Assembly (NCBI RefSeq): GCF_009914755.1
Contig: NC_060927.1
Source of the DNA: the human T2T-CHM13v2.0 reference genome, Homo sapiens
Strand: one strand, 5' to 3'
DNA: 64,000 bases
Shown here: positions 47,686 to 63,200 of the stretch, piece after piece
Layout of the letters: each line of letters begins with the position of its first letter
How positions within the stretch are numbered: position 1 is the stretch's first letter
Translations under genes and position numbers: made by a program
The notes under the pieces: model-generated
Told to the model about the DNA's origin: nothing
Seen by the model: only the letters and a program-made list of their open reading frames with translations
Databases searched by the model: none

Positions 47686-48131
47686 GTGTTAGCTTTTGCT
47701 GAAATATAAACCATCCCAAACTTAGCAACAGGCATTTATTTAGCTCATGATTATGTGGGTTTGAAATTTGGGCTAACTTTGGGTGGATGGTTCTTCTGAT
47801 CTTGACAGGAATCAAACATCTAGGAACAGCTGCTGATTATCTATGCATCTCTGCTTCTGGGTGTTGCTAGCTGTTGGATGTGTGATGGAAGTGACTAGGC
47901 CATATGTTTCTGATCCTCCAGCAGGCTAATTCACATGGAAGTCTCAGAATTTCAAGAATAGTAAAGAGCAAGCCCAAATGTACAAGCACTCTTAATTCTG
48001 TTTATTACTAATTTTCTACTGTCTCATTAGCCAAAGCAAGTCACTTGGCCAAACAGTCAATGTAGCAGTTCACTTTGAAAAAGCTTGATATAGAGAGAGG
48101 CACTGCAGCCATTAAAAAAAAAAGCTACCAT
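47686..48131. mobile_element. MLT1-type MaLR solo LTR
   Basis: accatcccaaacttag...catttatttagctcatgat...ttagccaaagcaagtcac.tggccaa. Confidence 0.7.
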
Positions 48132-48656
48132 ATTTATTATTGGAAAAATTATAATATTCCTACCTGAAACTGAATAGAGTCTCAGTCTCCTCACTCTTAA
48201 AGGAAGACAGTAACACTCCCCCTTGTAGGGTTACTTTGAATACACAGTTAAATGTCGATGAAAAAGGGTATTGTAAGATATGAAGCAATATAAAATATGG
48301 TCTTATTCAGGAATAAAATGGCAAGGATTTTCAGAATTACTCTTGAAAATCCTTAAATCACTCATAATGCAAAGTACATTTGGCTTTGTGTTGAGTAAAC
48401 ATTTGGCAAACTTTGGTAAAGTTTGAGGGCTGTTTATTGAAACCAAAAGAATTTAGAAAAGTAAAGTCTTCATACAAGTGTCTTGGCATGCAAACTATTC
48501 AACTTTGTAGATAGCAATAAAATCCCTGATGAATAGAGAATCCCCCGACAATCCTGCCTGTCTACAGAGTGCTGCTCCGTTATTTAAAATAATTTTTCTT
48601 ATTAAAGAAAAAAAATATTCTGATATTTGTTAAAACATTAAGAAATAATTTATTTA

Positions 48657-48697
48657 TTAGGTTGGTACAAAAGTAATTGCGGTTTTTGCCATTAAAA
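48657..48697. mobile_element. Half MADE1 (Hsmar1 mariner MITE; miR-548-related sequence)
   Basis: ttaggttggtacaaaagtaattgcggtttttgccatt is one MADE1 arm. Confidence 0.85.
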
Positions 48698-48710
48698 ACC
48701 ATAGGTATTA

Positions 48711-49016
48711 GGCCGGGCGCAGTGGCTCACGCCTGTAATCCCAGCACTATGGGAGGCCGAGGCGGGCGGATCACGAGGTCAGGAGATAGAGACCATCCTG
48801 GCTAACACGGTGAAACCCCGTCTCTACTAAAAATACAAAAAACTTAGCTGGGCATGGTGGCGGGTGCCTGTAGTCCCACCTACTCTGGGGTCGGGGTGGG
48901 GGGCTGAGGCAGGAGAATGGCGTGAACCCGGGAGGCGGAGCAGCTTGCGGTGAGCAGAGATTGTGCCACTGCACTCCAGCCTGGGTGACAGAGCAAGACT
49001 CCGTCTCAAAAAAAAA
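48711..49016 (+). mobile_element. AluY
   Basis: Y-diagnostics accatcctggctaacacgg and gaatggcgtgaacccggg. TSD aa(a/g)aac(c/t)ataggtatta. Confidence 0.93.
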
Positions 49017-49034
49017 GAACTATAGGTATTAAAA

Positions 49035-49397
49035 TTATTGCAATAGGGGAAGAGAGAGCATGCTCAGTTCAGAACACAGCAAAGACAGCTGGGGATCTGT
49101 AGCCAACAAGCCGAGTGAGGGGGTCAGTGAGTGGGGAATTACTGCTAACCTAAATTGACAGGATTTTTGCTGAAGGCAGATCAAGGAATGATAAGATCAA
49201 ATGTAGGGGATGAGAAAATTGATCAGATATTGAGGGTGGTCATATCAACGATAGGCTATTCTCTTTAAACTGACTTAGCAAGATTCTTGCTAAAACTAGG
49301 CTATAAAGAACTGGCAAGAATGGGGGCAAAAGTCTACGCCTACTCAAGAAGGGGACTCAGTAGCCTGACTAAAAGTTGAGCAAGAAGAGAATCTGTC
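49035..49397. mobile_element. Old ERV LTR fragment (family uncertain)
   Basis: acagcaaagacagctgggga...ggattcttgctaaaact resembles ERV LTR consensus sequence. Confidence 0.4.
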
Positions 49398-49813
49398 ACT
49401 TTTTAACTTCAGTATACATTAAGAGATTTGTTTGTTAGATTCATCAAAGCAGTAAACTCTATTATGTGTGGTTTAGGTCTAAAGTCAGTTTTACAAATTA
49501 AATTTGCTCAGAATATGACTTAAACTTACAAATGTAAGGTATTATTATGATTGCCATTATTAATAGCAATAATGACTTTCAGAAAAGATTGTTACTGAGT
49601 AAAGCCATATGTTATTGTTAATTTAATTGACATAGCCTGTGTGAATCACTTTTATGTGCAAAACTAATACTGTGGTAGACTCTGAAACTCCAGTCCAAGC
49701 ATATTGAAATTTTTTTTCAGCCTGGTCAACGGGTTATATGTGGGGAAAGGAGCAGATATTGGCTATGTATAAAGCATAGCAAGAGACATTGATTGGTGGG
49801 AGATGAGAAATAC

Positions 49814-50322
49814 TGTGGGTAATGGGAAATTTTATGTGACCATTTGACTGAGCCACAGGGTACCCATATATTTGGCAAAACAATATTTCTGGGTATGTCT
49901 GTGAGGGTGATTTTGGATGAGGTTAATATTTGAATCAGTTAAAGCAGATTCCACCCCCCACTGTGGGAGGCTTCCATCCAATCAGTTAGTTGAACCCCTG
50001 AATAGAGCAAAAAGATTGAACCTCTCATGAATGAAGAAGAAGGAACTCCTGTTACTTGACTGCTAGAGCTAGGACATTGGTCTTTTCCTGCCTTTGAACT
50101 TAAACAAAAATATTGGTTCTTCTTAGATCTTGAGCCTGCCAGCTATAGAACTAGAATTTACATCAACTCTTTCAGTTCTCAGACTTTCAGACTCAAACTA
50201 GAATTACACTGTTGGCTCTCCTGGGTCTCCAGTCTGCCAGCTGCAGATCATTGTAGATCATGGGACTTCTCAATCTTAATAATTGTGCAAGTCAATTTCT
50301 TATTTTAAAAAATCTCTGTATC
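49814..50322 (+). mobile_element. MLT2 (ERVL) LTR, 3' end cut off by the L1
   Basis: aattttatgtgac..ttgactgagccacagggtaccca..tatttgg...tctgtgagggtgattttggatgagg. Confidence 0.8.
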
Positions 50323-50464
50323 GGGGGGAGGAACCAAGATGGCCGAATAGGAACAGCTCCAGTCTACAGCTCCCAGTGTGAGCGACGCAGAAGATGGGTG
50401 ATTTCTGCATTTCCATCTGATGTACCGGGTTCATCTCACTAGGGAGTGCCAGACTGGGCGCAGG

Positions 50465-50773
50465 TCAGTGGGTGCATGCACCGTGCGCAAGCCGAAGCAG
50501 GGCGAGGCATTGCCTCACTTGGGAAGCGCAAGGGGTCAGGGAGTTCCCTTTCTGAGTCAAAGAAAGGGGTGACGGACGGCACCTGGAAAATCGGGTCACT
50601 CCCACCCAAATACTGCACTTTTCCCACGGGCTTAAAAAATGGCGCACCACAAGATTATATCCCGCACCTGGCTCGGAGGGTCCTACCCCCACGGAGTCTC
50701 GCTGATTGCTAGCACAGCAGTCTGAGATCAAACTGCAAGGCGGCAGTGAGGCTGGGGGAGGGGCACCCGCCAT
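50465..50773 (-). CDS. L1 ORF0 (antisense ORF of the 5' UTR), 102 aa
   Basis: MAGAPPPASLPPCSLISDCCASNQRDSVGVGPSEPGAGYNLVVR is the known primate ORF0 N-terminus. Expression is unknown. Confidence 0.7.
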   Translation of the reverse strand: MAGAPPPASLPPCSLISDCCASNQRDSVGVGPSEPGAGYNLVVRHFLSPWEKCSIWVGVTRFSRCRPSPLSLTQKGNSLTPCASQVRQCLALLRLAHGACTH

Positions 50774-51221
50774 TGCCCAGGCTTGATTAGGTAAACAAAG
50801 CATCCCGGAAGCTCCAACTGGGTGGAGCCCACCACAGCTCAAGGAGGCCTGCCTGCCTCTGTAGGCTCCACCTCTGGGGACAGGGCACAGACAAACAAAA
50901 AGACAGCAGTAACCTCTGCAGACTTAAATGTCTCTGTCTGACAGCTTTGAAGAGAGCAGTGGTTCTCCCAGCACGCAGCTGGAGATCTGAGAATGGGCAG
51001 ACTGCCTCCTCAAGTGGGTCCCTGACCCCCGAGCAGCCTAACTGGGAGGCACCCCCCAGCAGGGGCACACTGACACCTCACACGGCAGGGTATTCCAACA
51101 GACCTGCAGCTGAGGATCCTCTCTGTTAGAAGGAAAACTAACAAACAGAAAGGACATCCACACCAAAAACCCATCTGTACATCACCATCATCAAAGACCA
51201 AAAGTAGATAAAACCACAAAG

Positions 51222-52232
51222 ATGGGGAAAAAACAGAACAGGAAAACTGGAAACTCTAAAACGCAGAGTGCCTCTCCTCCTCCAAAGGAACGCAGTTCCT
51301 CACCAGCAACGGAACAAAGCTGGATGGAGAATGACTTTGACGAGCTGAGAGAAGAAGGCTTCAGAAGATCAAATTACTCTGAGCTATGGGAGGACATTCA
51401 AACCAAAGGCAAAGAAGTCAAAAACTTTGAAACAAATTTAGAAGAATGTATAACTAGAATAACCAATACAGGGAAGTGCTTAAAGGAGCTGATGGAGCTG
51501 AAAACCAAGGCTCAAGAACTACGTGAAGAATGCAGAAGCCTCAGGAGCCGATGCGATCAACTGGAAGAAAGGGGATCAGCAATGGAAGATGAAATGAAGC
51601 GAGAAGGGAAGTTTAGAGAAAAAAGAATAAAAAGAAATGAGCAAAGCCTCCAAGAAATATGGGACTATGTGAAAAGACCAAATCTACATCTGATTGGTGT
51701 ACCTGAAAGTGATGGGGAGAATGGAACCAAGTTGGAAAACACTCTGCAGGATATTATCCAGGAGAACTTCCCCCATCTAGCAAGGCAGGCCAACGTTCAG
51801 ATTCAGGAAATACAGAGAACGCCACAAAGATACTCCTCGAGAAGAGCAACTCCAAGACACATAATTGTCAGATTCACCAAAGTTGAAATGAAGGGAAAAA
51901 TGTTAAGGGCAGCCAGAGAGAAAGGTCGGGTTACCCTCAAAGGGAAGCCCATCAGACTAACAGCGGATCTCTCAGCAGAAACTCTACTACAAGCCAGAAG
52001 AGAGTGGGGGCCAATATTCAACATTCTTAAAGAAAAGAATTTTCAATCCAGAATTTCATATCCAGCCAAACTAAGCTTCATAAGTGAAGGAGAAATAAAA
52101 TCCTTTACAAACAAGCAAGTGTTGAGAGATTTTGTCACCACCAGGCCTGCCTTACAAGAGCTCCTAAAGGAAGCACTAAACATGGAAAGGAACAACCGGT
52201 ACCAGCCACTGCAAAATCATGCCAAAATGTAA
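51222..52232 (+). CDS. L1 ORF1p, open, 336 aa
   Basis: MGKKQNRKTGNSKTQ...YQPLQNHAKM. REKG, ARR and YPAKLS motifs are intact. Confidence 0.9.
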   Translation: MGKKQNRKTGNSKTQSASPPPKERSSSPATEQSWMENDFDELREEGFRRSNYSELWEDIQTKGKEVKNFETNLEECITRITNTGKCLKELMELKTKAQELREECRSLRSRCDQLEERGSAMEDEMKREGKFREKRIKRNEQSLQEIWDYVKRPNLHLIGVPESDGENGTKLENTLQDIIQENFPHLARQANVQIQEIQRTPQRYSSRRATPRHIIVRFTKVEMKGKMLRAAREKGRVTLKGKPIRLTADLSAETLLQARREWGPIFNILKEKNFQSRISYPAKLSFISEGEIKSFTNKQVLRDFVTTRPALQELLKEALNMERNNRYQPLQNHAKM

Positions 52233-52295
52233 AGACCATCAAGACTAGGAAGAAACTGCATCAACTAATGAGCAAAATAACCAGCTAACATCATA

Positions 52296-56109
<3,814 letters not shown>

Positions 56110-56340
56110 ACAATGAGAACACATGGACACAGGAAGGGGAACATCACACACCGGGGACTGTTGTGGGGTGGGGGGAGTGGGGAGGGATAACATTAGGAGA
56201 TATACCTAATGCTAAATGATGAGTTAATGGGTGCAGCACACCAACATGGCACATGTGTACATATGTAACAAACCTGCACATTGTGCACCTGTACCCTAAA
56301 ACTTAAAGTATAATAATAATAAAATAATAATTTAAAAAAA

Positions 56341-57462
56341 GACCTAAAACCATAAAAACCCTAGAAGAAAATCAGGAGATAGGCATGGGCAAAGACTTCA
56401 TGCCTAAAACACCAAAAGCAACAGCAAAAAGAAGCCAAACTAGACAAATGGGATCTAATTAAACTAAAGAACTTCTGCACAGCAAAAGAAACTATCATCA
56501 GGGTGAACAGGCAACGTACAGAATGGGAGAAAATGTTTGCAATCTACCCATCTGACAAAGGTCTAATATCCAGAATCTACAAAGAACTTGAACAAATTTA
56601 CAAGAAAAAAACAACCCCATCAAAAAGTAAACAAAGGATATGAACAGACACTTCTCAAAAGAAGACATTTATGCAGCCAACAAACATGAAAAAAAGCTCA
56701 TCACCACTGATTATCAGAGAAATGCAAATCAAAACCACAATGAGATACCATTTCATGCCAGTTAGAATGGCAATCATTAAAAAGTCAGGAAACAACAGAT
56801 GCTGGAGAGGATATGGAGAAATAGGAATACTTTTACACTGTTGGTGGGAGTGTAAATTAGTTCAACCATTGTGGAAGACAGTGTGGTGATTCCTCAAGGA
56901 TCTAGAACCAGAAATACCATTTGACCCAGCAATCCCATTACTGGGTATATACCCAAAGGATTATAAATCATTCTACTATAAAGACACATGCCCACGAATG
57001 TTTACTGTGGCACTGTTCACAATAGCAAAGAGTTGGAACCAACCCAAATGCCCATTAATGATAGACTTGATAAAGAAAATGTGGCATATATACACCATGG
57101 AATACCATGCAGTCATAAAAAGGATGAGTTCATGTCCTTTGTAGGGACATGGATGAAACTGGAAACCATCATTCTCAGCAAACTAACACAAGAACAGAAA
57201 ACCAAACACTGCATATTCTCACTCATAAGTGGGAGTTGAACAGTGAGAACATGGACATCGGGGGTGGGCGCATCACATACTGGGGCCTGTCAGGGAGTGG
57301 GGGACTAAGGAAGGGATAATATTAGGATAAATACCTAATGTAGTTGATGGGTTGATGGGTACAGCAAATCACCATGGCATGTGTGTATACCTATGTAACA
57401 AACCTGCACGTTCTGCATATGTATCCCAGAACTTAAAGTATAATAAAAAAAAGAAAAGAAAA
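56341..57462 (+). mobile_element. Older 5'-truncated L1 3' fragment (L1PA7/8-like) abutting the young L1 tail
   Basis: Restarts in the ORF2 C-terminal region (gacctaaaaccataaaaacc). It has its own 3' UTR and poly(A). Confidence 0.9.
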
Positions 57463-58795
57463 ATTAAATTATTAAAGAAGTCTAACAGTTTCATCTACAA
57501 TTTGTAATTTAGATACCTATGTAATTCTTTCAAGGACAATTTTTTTAAATATTCATGGCTTTCTTTATGGGTTCCCTAACCACTTCTTTAAGTTTACCTG
57601 TGAGTAATCCAGTAGAGGGAATATACTGTGACATTTTTCCACACTCTGGATCACAGAATCCCACTTTTTACATAGCATTACATGAAGCTAGTCTGTCAGG
57701 AATTATTCTGGAAAATATTGCTTCATTTGGCTATCTCTGAGACTTCCTCCTCCTCTAAAATAGATTTCTAAGATTATCGTTTGTTACGTTCCAATATATT
57801 CACTGTGCCTTTTTTTTGAGGGTGGAGGAGTGAGGAGAGGATTCAAAATGACTCTGTATTCTTAAATTCAGTGAAATTCCTACTCTACCATATTTACTCT
57901 GACTTTAGAAGGCCCTCATCTCAACCCTGGTATTGCAAGTTCTTTTTATACTTCAAATCTTCTCTGGCTAACTGAACTGCCATGAATACCAAATTTCTAT
58001 ACATTGTCAGTATATCAATGATGAGCAAATTATGTCCTTCACATTTGTGAGTAATACAACATTCTATGTATTATAATATATTGTAATAATACATTGTATG
58101 TGCACTGTTTTACCGTTTGCAATTGATTTCCATACTCATTATTTCTTCACATGAATTCCTGTTTTCAAGTTATTTCTTTTTATTTTATTTCTTATTTTAT
58201 TATTTATTTTATTTATTTATTTTATTTCTAAAATGTCCAACTTAAAATGTTCTTGTTGCCAAAGATCCCAGCCTAAAAAAAATTAAAACCCTTCTGTTTT
58301 TAGGAATTTCAGTGCAATCCATAAGTATTATGTAAATGTGCACATTCACATTTATTCTAGGACAGAGGAGATCGGCAGGAGTGAATTCAGTTCTTTTAAA
58401 TGGCAAGATCCTTTTTACTTCAAACTTCAGCCAGCAAATATGAAGTTGTAAAGTACTACCATCTATTTGCCATCATTTGTTTTCATGTGGCAATGGGACC
58501 ATTTTAAAGACCAAGCAAATTATGGGAGAGGGCTATTGGAAACATTTGTGTACAGTTATAAAACCTAAAGTAGTTCCAGCCTAGCTCATAAATATATCAA
58601 TGCTTTTGAGACCAGTGAATATCAAGTACTTGAGCTTGATGGGTCAGGTATTCTATGCACTGTAGTCCACTGAATAAGACATCATTCACTGAGCAGCTGC
58701 TAAAGAGATTCATGGTGTTTTAGGCATTTTTGGTTCAGTACACAATAATACCAGAGTAGAAGATGGGAGTGAGAACAAAGAACAGACTCTCCCCC

Positions 58796-58820
58796 AACAC
58801 ACACACACATACACACACAA
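58796..58820. repeat. (CA)n microsatellite, interrupted
   Basis: Directly visible in the sequence. Confidence 0.85.
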
Positions 58821-60261
58821 CTATATAACCAAGAAAAAAAATTGTTCCCTTAGTAATATAGATTTTTAGACATAAATGGAGTAAGTCTATAGTTTGCAAA
58901 GCTAGAGACAGTTAAAATATAAACCATGGTTCCCATGACTACCACTAATAAAATTTTTTCTTATTGTTGCTACTGTATGAAAATTGTAATTGCTTTACTT
59001 CTTAGAAGATATCTCACTTTCTCATATAACACAGTAATATATTTTTAGGGACTTAACCTATTGATAAAAATTGAATATTCGATCTCTCAACTAGTTGCTT
59101 TCCTCACATGATTTTAGGAAGAAATTAATCAGGTTCCTAATTGCCGTAGCTGGCTCACATGATGGCTTTTTGCAAATCAGGAAACTATGTCCTTTCCAGG
59201 CCATCTCAAGCTAAACAATACACAGTTTAAAACACTGTGAATTGGGGTTACAGCTTTCCTGCAGGGTACATACCTTGGGGAGCAGACGATGGGCTGAAAT
59301 TTAGCCCCCACTCCCTCAATCATACATCTTATATAGTAAACAATCTGTAAAACTATACATAGTAACACTGAGTCAAATTTACTAAATTAAGCAACTGTGC
59401 ATCAGAAGAACTTGCATAACTTTTTGCTGGCATCCAATACCCTGAGCAAAGAGGCCTTCAGCTAAATGTAACTTACAGAGATAATATAGAGGTCCTTCTT
59501 TCTATAGCACCACTCTGAAGTTATTTTACAAACTTCTAATCTGTGGGCAAAAAAGCTAAGAGTAAAGTCATCCTGCTGGAAGGTTAACCTTGCAACATAG
59601 AAGGGGCAGTAGCAGAAGTCTTTATTTGACATGAGCTAAGCAAAGTGGCATATAGTAAAATGATATTTTTCTAGTTAAACACCTATTGTGTATATACCAC
59701 TCTGCCTAAAGGGTAAAGGGTAGAAGTAAAATATAGTTCCTGCTCTCACAAATTTATAATCTTGACAGGGGGAATGAACAAGAAAGTAGAGAAGGGGAAG
59801 AGGAAAAGAGAATAAAACTGCATTGGCCTCTTAACTGTCTCACTTATTTCCTCAGGCAATAAGCCTTATGTAAATGTACGTGATGAATACCATGAGATAA
59901 CATACAACCCAGTTATTTTGGGTGCATAGTAAAGAATCTCATATTTGTTGCTGGAATTAGTGATGATTCCTATAGTAGTTTTGAAGGAACAGAATTACTC
60001 AAAGGATCTGTAAGGAGCTATAACATAAGCTATTACCCTTGATTTTTAATGTAAACAAACTCTCTGGCCCAAATCTGTATTTAAATGAAAGTGGCAGAAT
60101 TTGACAATCTCATAGACTCAGTATGATTTTATGATGCTTTTGTGACTATGTTACATTGAAAGCTTGGTATCTTTTAAAGCTGCCTCATTGGAAAAGGGCA
60201 CAGAAGGTGATTTCAAAGTTACTTTAATTTAATGACCACTCTTATTCAATTGTTTTCACAG

Positions 60262-60268
60262 ACCATAA
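60262..60268 (+). CDS. RBMS3: RBMS3 terminal exon, coding part (completes K, then P, TAA)
   Basis: Acceptor tgttttcacag| at 60261. AA|A CCA TAA gives ...QQSKP*, the RBMS3 C-terminus as I recall it. Confidence 0.9.
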
Positions 60269-63200
60269 ACAGGACTGAAGAATGTCTGTCTGAATCTTTG
60301 CCTTGAATGAAGAAACTTCATTGAACAAGAAGTTGGCTTCCAGTTTGCACAGACGTCAATGGAATGCATTTTTTTGTTGTTGTTGTTGTTTTTTTTTTAG
60401 TGTTATACCTTACCCAATGAAAGCAAAGTTTTTATGTGCTGTGCAAATGGTCTTCATGTGGTCTGACAATTTATTTTTGCCATCATTTTTTTAATTAAAG
60501 AAAAAATTTCCAGAAGAGGAAAAAAAAACTACAAAAAACAAAACATTGAAGGTTGATATTTTATGTGGAAGAACATTTGAATTGAATTCAGAATTTTTCT
60601 GAAGGTGTAGATACTTTTTTTTTTTTTTTAACAGAAAACCTGATGTCAAGAGGTGGGCAATAGAAATGGAAACAAATTGTCTTCCTCAATAATTAAGCTA
60701 CTTTCTCTTTTTCCCTTCTTGTTTTAATCTAGTGGGTTTTTTATTTTATTTTTTCTTAGAAATATGTAGGTAAGGTTTATCTTGAATCTTAATTGCCTTA
60801 ATTTTAAGGACGTCAAAGGCTCTCGAGGCAAGCTGTCAACGTCTTGTTGAAAACAAAAATCAAGAAAGAATTGAAATACTGTGCCGGCTTTCACTGGCAC
60901 AGAAGTTTAAGACTATGAGTTTTTAGGGTGAAGAAAAAACTGTACAGTTTAAATGAAAATGTTTTTCTTCATTTGAAGAAAATTTGTTGATAAACCATGG
61001 CAACTGCAAGAATTGGAAAAATGCTGGGACTTTTCATGAACTTTGTCTTAAGTGTTGACATGAATCATTCTAAAAGGCTAAAACATTTTACAGTAAAGTT
61101 ATTAAGGTTGGTTTAAAAACAACTGCATTAGAAATAATGCGTGTTTGGGGGGCAGAATGCAGATTTTTTTAATTTACAAAGCGTGATCGCTAGCAAAAGC
61201 ATTAGTGCTTTTTATCTGCAGTCTTTTTTATGAGCTTTACAAAGTTTTTAGTCAGCTTTGCTTGTCACATTGCAAAACCTAGCTTAAGAGCATTAAAAAA
61301 AAAAACTTAAGTAGATAGGAGCTTATGGTCAAAAAGTGCAAAAAAAAAAACAAAAAAAAAGCAATAGATAGAGAAATTGTTGACAATTTCTGTAGTCTTT
61401 CCTAGTTGTGATCAAATTCAGCCTATGGATGGCCTATTTTATACCAAAGATGAAGTGACACCCTATTACAGTCCAGAAGATAGAGGTTGTTTTCGTTTCT
61501 TTTCTTTTTAAAAAAAAAAAAATTTATTTGACCGACATGGCCGGACCAGTTCTTTCTTTGTTGTTTGTTTAAACTACCTTCCACTGGTGTTTTACATAGT
61601 GCAAAAAAAAAAGAGGGTGGGGGGAGTTGTCTCTCTTTTCTTTAAATGTGTATTCATTGATAGCAGAAGCTTGTACCTGCTGTGTTTAGCAGTTTCAGCA
61701 TGAAGAGTTCTGGATATGAACTGATTCATAGAGCCAAGTGGCTTTAAATTCTGTGAGCTTTTCTGGTTTCTCACTAGCTGTCTTGAATAGTGAAACCTGT
61801 ATTGATGGCCACTAGTAAACCAAGATGCTTATTTAACAGGTGGAATATTCTTTATATGAAATTTCAGCTAAAGACACTTTCTGGACCTGGTCTGAAAGGT
61901 CATTTGTCAAAAAAGCTTAGGGATATTCTGTGAAATGGTGAGTGGTCTCCTGGAAAGGTCTCATTGTATTTGAACAATAGTCTTCCCTCTAAATTACAAC
62001 ACCTCTGGGTTTTGTCTTTACACCTCTGTCTTTGTCATCACCTACCATGAATAGTCACCTTGGTTTTGCAAATGGGGAGGGGGTATCATCTTTTTGCCTG
62101 TTTTCACTGTATTTTTGTATATTGGTGTTGCCGAAAGAACTTTTTCTTTCAGTTTAATTCTTTGAGGCATGTAGGACCAATAAGATTGAGAATTCTATTG
62201 GTGGAATTTAGGGAAGTCCTTAAAATGCTAGTTGACAATCAAGGAACAGTATGATTTATATCAATAAGAACCAAAAGAATTAGGTTTGATCAATCATTTA
62301 AGCCAAGGAGGAATACTTGCATTTAGAACAATGCAAAACTTTGTCTAAAATGAATTAAATTGACCCACCTGTAAAATATATCTACATTTTTAATTCATGA
62401 GATGATATGTGTTCAACCTTTACAGTTTTACCTGAAATTAAGGACAATGGAATAGAATTTGTTAAGTGAACCATTCACTAGATTGCTTTCTGAATGAATC
62501 CTTTGAATCAAATAGGTGAAACTCTTTTCAAAAACTAAGTCAGTCACAGGAGCCTGTCTTAGTCCAAAAGAAGCAGGGAAATGTATTTAAGTGTACTATA
62601 AAACAGGGTAGGCTTTTTAAAAACTAAAAAGTTTTAAAGGTAAATCATATTCCCATTAGGTCAACATGAGTAATAAGGTTGACTCATGTGAAATTGTCAA
62701 TATTCTACTATTTCTGTAAACTCTGGTTCTCTTATTTGCAACCCCATGCACTGGAAGCCCAAATCAGAGAATGACTCCATATATTTATGGTCACATTGGA
62801 GACAAAAGTGTATCCAAGAAAATGTAGTGTGCGTTATAGAGAAATTCCAACTGGTCACACTCACCATTATGGTTTTTCATGCTTTAGAGAAAATGCTAGA
62901 TTTATACTGTCTTTTGTTCCATCCTTCAGCTTCCCATGCATTATAAAGGTGGCACTTAAGTTTTTATCTTTGAAAAGTGGGCCCCAAAGTTTTTTGGGGT
63001 ACAAAAAGACATGTATGAGAACCATATTTTCTGTTTCTCTTTTTCACTCTCTAAACTCTTTTTGTATAAATAAGGATTATCCTGGGCATAATTCATTTGA
63101 ATATGAAACCAACATACTTTCTTTCATTTTTGTGAAAAAATAACCAAAAACATGTATTAATGTGATACAAAGAAAGTCTCATTCACACAATCAACAATGA

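Noticed and set aside
48657-48697. miR-548-family precursor
   Set aside because: Only one MADE1 arm is present, so it cannot form the hairpin.
58066-58094. AT-rich inverted repeat ATGTATTAT...ATAATACAT
   Set aside because: Short and low-complexity, expected by chance in AT-rich DNA.
61572-61582. let-7 site in the 3' UTR
   Set aside because: The sequence is CTACCTT, not the canonical CTACCTC seed match.
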